Below are positions 57,610-60,887 of a stretch of 60,887 bases of DNA, one piece after another (position 1 is the first letter of the stretch; each line of letters opens with the position of its first letter). The notes beneath the pieces are model-generated. The model was not told the origin of the DNA. It saw only the letters and a list, made by a program, of their open reading frames with translations, and ran no database searches. The DNA is taken from positions 1-60,887 of the IMG/VR virus record IMGVR_UViG_3300028196_000013; one strand, 5' to 3'. Both the position numbers and the translations under genes were made by a program. This DNA is from a virus (lineage: Duplodnaviria > Caudoviricetes).

Positions 57610-57879
57610 ATGGAAGAACCAAATAAATTCGAGGATTTAGTTGAAGGAAAGGACTACATCTTGCTTGACGGCGAGGAAATGGAGTCTTTGCTTCGTGCAG
57701 AAAGAGAGGGAAGGCCCATAGATGAGACCCCAGTAGAGCCCGATTGGGACGATACGAAAAGAAAAGAAGAAATCATCAAGTGGTTCATGGAGAGGATGGA
57801 GAATGTCCCCGATGGAACTTACATGGATGTGAAGATTGCACTTTCCTATGAGAAAGACGGTGTCTTTTACGATGTATAA
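57610..57879 (+). CDS. Acidic hypothetical protein
   Basis: CTGAAC|ATG start (MEEPN). Confidence 0.7.
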   Translation: MEEPNKFEDLVEGKDYILLDGEEMESLLRAEREGRPIDETPVEPDWDDTKRKEEIIKWFMERMENVPDGTYMDVKIALSYEKDGVFYDV

Positions 57880-57886
57880 ACTGAAC

Positions 57887-58309
57887 ATGGCTGAAATTAG
57901 AATAATTTACCAGATAGACAATGCGGCGTTCGATGAAACCCCATTGCCAGAGACAAAGAGAATATTGAATGAAATCACGGAAGCAATGAGCAATGGTTCG
58001 CAAGGCGGACTGATTCAAGACATAAATGGCAATGGCATTGGTGCCTGGGTCATTGAAGGTGGCGATGAAACATACCCGTGCGTAAAGTGCGGTAAGGACG
58101 CAACAGAAGACTACCTTGTTCCAGAAGTAGGGATGACTTGTGACGGGTGCATGACCGATGCCGATTTAGAAGCATGGCACGCACATAACAAACTGCACAA
58201 CCCCGAATCATACGACGAGGAAGAGCCGTGGACCGGCGATGCTTACAACCCATCCGAAGATGAAGAATTTGGCTTTGGCCGCAACGACGGCCCAAGAGAT
58301 GATAACTGA
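57887..58309 (+). CDS. Hypothetical protein with Zn finger
   Basis: CTGAAC|ATG start (MAEIR); DNAAF..DINGN; CVKC..CDGC. Confidence 0.7.
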   Translation: MAEIRIIYQIDNAAFDETPLPETKRILNEITEAMSNGSQGGLIQDINGNGIGAWVIEGGDETYPCVKCGKDATEDYLVPEVGMTCDGCMTDADLEAWHAHNKLHNPESYDEEEPWTGDAYNPSEDEEFGFGRNDGPRDDN

Positions 58310-58311
58310 AC

Positions 58312-58479
58312 ATGTCACAAGATGAAAAGAGCAGCGTGCCCTGCGAAGCCTGTATGGGAACAGGAGGGCTGGAAATGAATGGAGGACTTTCGCTATCAAA
58401 CGAATACTTCGAATGCGAAATATGTGAAGGCGTAGGTGAAATCGAGGTGATTCCAACCTACAAAAATACAACAGAATAA
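58312..58479 (+). CDS. Small DnaJ-type CxxCxGxG Zn-finger protein (55 aa, not in ORF track)
   Basis: CEACMGTG and CEICEGVG. Confidence 0.7.
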   Translation: MSQDEKSSVPCEACMGTGGLEMNGGLSLSNEYFECEICEGVGEIEVIPTYKNTTE

Positions 58480-58485
58480 CTGAAC

Positions 58486-58686
58486 ATGGAATTTAGACAT
58501 CACTTGATGAGAAATGACGGAGAGAGAAAGATGTGGGTAATGAATGATCAAGGAATGTATGGATGGTTCACTTCTCAAAGACCGAGGGTTGGGATCTCCA
58601 CCTTCATCCGAAACCACCGACAAGAAATCGATGAAGCGATTGAGATGTATATGAGGCGAAGTGCCGAAAATGCACGAAGATACTGA
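58486..58686 (+). CDS. Hypothetical protein
   Basis: CTGAAC|ATG start. Confidence 0.7.
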   Translation: MEFRHHLMRNDGERKMWVMNDQGMYGWFTSQRPRVGISTFIRNHRQEIDEAIEMYMRRSAENARRY

Positions 58687-58688
58687 AC

Positions 58689-59102
58689 ATGAGTGACATT
58701 GGAAAATTGAATGAAGGAATAGAAGTATTTGTGATGCCAAAGGATTCACATACATTGCTGAAGGAGGCATTAGGATGTATTGCCGCCACGATTGATGCTG
58801 CGTTAGAGGCTTGCTTCAATAATGAAGAAGAATGGAAGGCCACACGAACGGAAATCTTCGATTCGTGGACTTTGATAACAGGATTCTTTGAAACCACAAT
58901 GAATATCGAAGGCAAGACCCTCGACGAAGGGAAAAAAACCTGCTGTGTTCGTGAAGAATGCGAGTGGATGGATGGGAAAGGAGAAAATGACCACGGGTGC
59001 ATTGGATTTGTTCAAGATGCAATCTTCGCACAGATTGAAGACTTGCCTCACGAACAAGGTATCCTGGTGCTAAAATCCGCATTGGATTTATTGGAAAACT
59101 GA
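58689..59102 (+). CDS. Hypothetical protein
   Basis: CTGAAC|ATG start. Confidence 0.7.
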   Translation: MSDIGKLNEGIEVFVMPKDSHTLLKEALGCIAATIDAALEACFNNEEEWKATRTEIFDSWTLITGFFETTMNIEGKTLDEGKKTCCVREECEWMDGKGENDHGCIGFVQDAIFAQIEDLPHEQGILVLKSALDLLEN

Positions 59103-59104
59103 AC

Positions 59105-59440
59105 ATGATAGATGGAAAAACGATAGCCGACATGGTGTTCTTAATGGAAACATGGAACATGAATAATGGAACAGATGGATTTATTGATTTCTATGCAAAT
59201 CACCATCCGAATTGCCGATACGACGAAGAACAGGTTGAAGATTTATTGAACTTGGGAAGTATGATGGAAGCATGGCCGGATAAGTGGATGCAAGAGCAGT
59301 ATCAAAGATGGTTCAAAAACGATGACAGATTTTTGACAATGTTTCAATATTGTGCAGCGGATGGTCGAGGACTATTCACCAACTGGTTGCAAAAGATTGG
59401 AAAAGCGCAGAAAGTGATTGAAGATATCGCTGGAAACTGA
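59105..59440 (+). CDS. Hypothetical protein
   Basis: CTGAAC|ATG start. Confidence 0.7.
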   Translation: MIDGKTIADMVFLMETWNMNNGTDGFIDFYANHHPNCRYDEEQVEDLLNLGSMMEAWPDKWMQEQYQRWFKNDDRFLTMFQYCAADGRGLFTNWLQKIGKAQKVIEDIAGN

Positions 59441-59442
59441 AC

Positions 59443-59829
59443 ATGGATAATTGGCTGAATACAAGAGCAGGAAGGGATTTCTCAATGAGAACCATTCCTG
59501 ATATGACGAAAGCGATGAACAGATTGGCAGATGCCTTACTTGTTCAAAACGATTTGACAATAGACGAAAGGCAACCAGTAGATCGCCCGACACTCGAAGA
59601 TATTGTAGAGTCGGAACGAGACTGGGAGGGTGATGCGAAATTGCTCTACACAGCGTTAAGCAGAATGCACCAAGCGGACAATGAAGACATGGAAATTGCT
59701 ACAGAAATGGCGTTTGATGTATTATCAAGCGTCTCAATGGATTTCCGAAACGAATACGCAGCCTACACATGGGAACGCTGTGGGATGAATACTATCTTTG
59801 TTTCCCGACGAACACAAACGATGAGATAA
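59443..59829 (+). CDS. Hypothetical protein
   Basis: CTGAAC|ATG start. Confidence 0.7.
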   Translation: MDNWLNTRAGRDFSMRTIPDMTKAMNRLADALLVQNDLTIDERQPVDRPTLEDIVESERDWEGDAKLLYTALSRMHQADNEDMEIATEMAFDVLSSVSMDFRNEYAAYTWERCGMNTIFVSRRTQTMR

Positions 59830-59836
59830 ACTGAAC

Positions 59837-60004
59837 ATGGTAAAATGGAGCGACGGACATCCGAGAAAAACAATCATGAACAAAATCATCAATGGGAAAC
59901 TTCCCTATGATTGCCCCGGTTGTAAGCGGGCTAAATGGTTTGAACCACTTGATGACGGGAAGTGGTCTTGCCCGAAATGCAAGACAATATTGGAATTTGA
60001 CTGA
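59837..60004 (+). CDS. Small Zn-ribbon protein (55 aa, not in ORF track)
   Basis: CPGC..CPKC; motif at both ends. Confidence 0.65.
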   Translation: MVKWSDGHPRKTIMNKIINGKLPYDCPGCKRAKWFEPLDDGKWSCPKCKTILEFD

Positions 60005-60006
60005 AC

Positions 60007-60297
60007 ATGACGATAAAGTTGACAAAAAAGAATCTAAAAAAATTAGCTAAAAAAATGAAAGATGCAGACCCCGAACTTATGGATGAGTCAGCAACACATC
60101 GTTCTTCTGCAATTGCAGAATTCGGACGGGTCCACTTTAGCGAATATTTTGAATTTGTTCCTGCGCCCGATGCAGACGACAATCTAATGGAAGCAGACTG
60201 CAACGCCAAAATAACCGGATACACAATAAACGGAATTTACTTTTCAGAAGAAGAAGTAAGGACCATAGTACGGCTGCACAGCCCGCATAGAAACTGA
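60007..60297 (+). CDS. Hypothetical protein
   Basis: CTGAAC|ATG start. Confidence 0.7.
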   Translation: MTIKLTKKNLKKLAKKMKDADPELMDESATHRSSAIAEFGRVHFSEYFEFVPAPDADDNLMEADCNAKITGYTINGIYFSEEEVRTIVRLHSPHRN

Positions 60298-60299
60298 AC

Positions 60300-60887
60300 A
60301 TGGAAGACGAAGAAAAAAGAGATTGGCAAAATTGGAATAAAAACAATCGACACCCATTCAGCCAGAAGAATGACTTTTGGACACCGAATGAAGTGTTTAA
60401 TGCTCTTGAAGATAGATTCGGACCTTTTGAAGTAGACCTTGCAGCAAGTGATGAGAATCATCTCGTTGACAAATACTACACTATTGACGACAATGCCTTG
60501 CTAATGGAGTGGAATGGCACCGCTTGGTGCAACCCACCGTATGTGAAGCAAGCAGACAAAACCACGCTGAAACATTGGATAACGAAAGCCCGTGAATCAG
60601 TAATTGAGGGAGACGCCCACAGAATTGTAATGCTGATCCCTGCATACACCTCAAATGGATACTGGCACACGGAAATTTTCCCGTATGCTTCGCATCTCAT
60701 TTTTTTTAGATACCGCCTTGATTTTGGTGGACCATTTCAAAGAACTGGCGGAGCTTCGAGGCAACCTTCTGTTGCTGTTGTTTGGTCAAAGGTGTGGAGT
60801 GGAGCCAGCACGCAATTGCTGACAATGTCAAACAAAGGTGAATGGCTGACCGAAGAGGTTTGGGATAGAGAATTGCTTTCCCTGCGT
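60300..60887 (+). CDS. dam: Phage-type Dam N6-adenine DNA methyltransferase (3' partial)
   Basis: My translation: FWTP..FGPFEVDLAAS..AWCNPPY..VMLIPA; runs off the window end. Confidence 0.88.
   Translation, partial: MEDEEKRDWQNWNKNNRHPFSQKNDFWTPNEVFNALEDRFGPFEVDLAASDENHLVDKYYTIDDNALLMEWNGTAWCNPPYVKQADKTTLKHWITKARESVIEGDAHRIVMLIPAYTSNGYWHTEIFPYASHLIFFRYRLDFGGPFQRTGGASRQPSVAVVWSKVWSGASTQLLTMSNKGEWLTEEVWDRELLSLR

Larger units (their letters stand above)
30537..60887 (+). other. Array of about 72 ORFs punctuated by CTGAAC|ATG
   Basis: Manual count: 70 starts directly follow CTGAAC, one follows TTAAC (36436), one follows a promoter-like element (45601). Confidence 0.97.

Noticed and set aside
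30792-60700. Minus-strand ORFs and upstream-extended starts ending ...LN-M in the ORF track
   Set aside because: Minus ORFs are shadows of purine-rich + genes; the LN extension is just CTGAAC read in frame, so starts were reassigned to the motif ATG.
30537-60887. Classical integron cassette array
   Set aside because: No palindromic attC sites (gaps are mostly 2-17 nt), no GTTRRRY cores in the expected layout and no tyrosine integrase in the window.

Overview
Almost certainly part of a large archaeal virus (or related mobile element). It carries archaeal-type TFB, Rpo5/RpoH and PCNA homologs, and a DUF3860-like gene points tentatively to a Thermoplasmatota host. The window has four parts. (1) 1-12306, mostly + strand: putative virion genes (two paralogous proteins, a fibre-repeat protein), then a serine recombinase and hypothetical genes; many have GAGGTG-type Shine-Dalgarno sites. 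(2) 12315-24520, mostly - strand: membrane proteins, a small GTPase, Rpo5, two glycosyltransferases and a TFB-like factor. (3) 24540-30540: a strand-switch region with four ~135-bp-period repeats, long hairpin-rich non-coding blocks, three orphan ORFs, an array of small hairpin elements and tRNA-Arg(TCT), punctuated by CTTAAC/CTGAAC. (4) 30543 to the end: about 72 consecutive + strand ORFs, 70 of which (by my manual count) begin immediately after the hexamer CTGAAC (CTGAAC|ATG). The TGA of the motif usually doubles as the previous stop codon. The same hexamer abuts the first base of the non-coding hairpins. This shared gene/RNA punctuation is the main candidate for an undescribed system: sequence-specific processing of a polycistronic RNA into leaderless mRNAs and small RNAs, or a minimal recombination site for a gene-cassette array. 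All protein calls come from motif recognition by eye; no database search was run.
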